Of a DNA stretch of 18,167 nt, positions 17,435 through 18,167 are shown piece by piece; positions within the stretch are counted from its first letter, which is position 1; the number at the start of each line of letters is the position of its first letter. Below the pieces are notes generated by a model. It made no database searches. It was given only the letters and a program-made list of their open reading frames with translations, and was not told where the DNA came from. A program made the position numbers and the translations under genes. The stretch comes from a virus (lineage: Duplodnaviria; Heunggongvirae; Uroviricota; Caudoviricetes), in the IMG/VR virus record IMGVR_UViG_2671180353_000009, positions 1 to 18,167 of that record. One strand, given 5' to 3'.

Positions 17435-17463
17435 TAAATAGCCATAAATAGCTATAAATACAT
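17435..17463. repeat. Three tandem ~10-bp units (ATAAATAGCC / ATAAATAGCT / ATAAATACA) in an AT-rich region; iteron-like or regulator-binding repeats
   Basis: Read directly; further phased repeats (ATTTAAGG, twice, 21 bp apart) at ~17313 and ~17334. Confidence 0.4.
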
Positions 17464-17487
17464 CTTAATACCTATATCCCTTCCCTT

Positions 17488-17823
17488 ATGGCTAGATTGC
17501 GAGAGGTGCTTAACGCGATTTTCAGCGCCCCCCGATCTGGAAAATCCAGAATCCCCAAATATCAGCAAGGAATTTTCTTGCGTAATCAACATCGTTTTTA
17601 CCTATTAAATCATTACACAGAAAGCCTTTCTGTAATGTCTCTCACTAAACTTTCACTAAACACGAGAATGATCGGTTTTATGTCGGATCAGATGCTAGAA
17701 ACAGCACCACGTCTCACAAGGGCTGTAAGCGATGAAACCAGTGTTTATGCGGGTGCAGGTCAAAATATAGGCCAAAATCCATTTAACATAATAAATGTTA
17801 TATGTGCTAAGGAACACATATAA
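17488..17823 (+). CDS. Hypothetical protein (111 aa), weak coding evidence
   Basis: Track ORF downstream of the AT-rich repeat region; no recognisable motifs. Confidence 0.25.
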   Translation: MARLREVLNAIFSAPRSGKSRIPKYQQGIFLRNQHRFYLLNHYTESLSVMSLTKLSLNTRMIGFMSDQMLETAPRLTRAVSDETSVYAGAGQNIGQNPFNIINVICAKEHI

Positions 17824-18095
17824 CGCCTTGAATTGATGTATCAGTGGAAAAGTGATGGATTTTTTACGTAGGAGCACGAAAGGGCTTCTATTGACTTTTG
17901 TGTGCTATGAAATATAATTAAAGTTTTTTGTTTTTATTGTGTGATGTGGTGGGTTACACAGGGGAATAGATTAAATGGTGTTCTGTTTATACAGGTTTAT
18001 TTGTTAGATCAACAATTTGGCATTTCTAAACAGATGTTTGAACGTTGCCAAATGTCTTGACAACACAAGAAAAGGGCTTGCTATGCCAGGCATTA

Positions 18096-18138
18096 TGAGG
18101 TGTACTGGCAATAGCGGACACTACCATTTGTTCTTTTT
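18096..18138. repeat. 43-bp direct repeat, copy 2
   Basis: Matches 7209..7251; the flanks differ (TTAAGCAGCC follows here, GACGGACGC follows copy 1). Confidence 0.7.
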
Positions 18139-18167
18139 TTAAGCAGCCATCTGATGATATTTTTCCC

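Noticed and set aside
18020-18060. 7-bp inverted repeat TTTGGCA...TGCCAAA with ~22-bp spacer, possibly operator-like
   Set aside because: Short and AT-context; chance occurrence is plausible and no adjacent regulator gene is visible in the window.

Overview
This window is the tail end of a lambda-like prophage: tail assembly protein I, host-specificity protein J, lom, side tail fiber stf and tail fiber assembly tfa, all on the + strand in lambda order. It ends at a 46-nt tRNA-Thr 3' fragment that looks like an attR core. The strongest candidate for an undescribed system is a single 1484-aa ORF (11500..15954) with Walker A/B NTPase motifs and large uncharacterised flanking regions, sitting alone in an AT-rich cargo island between tfa and the att remnant. 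Other unusual structure: (1) a diverged 1496-bp tandem duplication giving a second, promoterless J C-terminal fragment and a second lom; (2) an extra truncated stf 5' end followed by an IS21-family istA remnant ending in a ~185-bp palindrome; (3) a mosaic stf with a low-GC central module; (4) a 43-bp direct repeat at ~7209 and ~18096; (5) AT-rich DNA beyond the att remnant with phased short repeats and small ORFs. Homologies are from memory of lambda proteins and motif inspection; no searches were run. CDS coordinates follow the supplied ORF track; hand-counted coordinates for hairpins and repeats may be off by a few bases.
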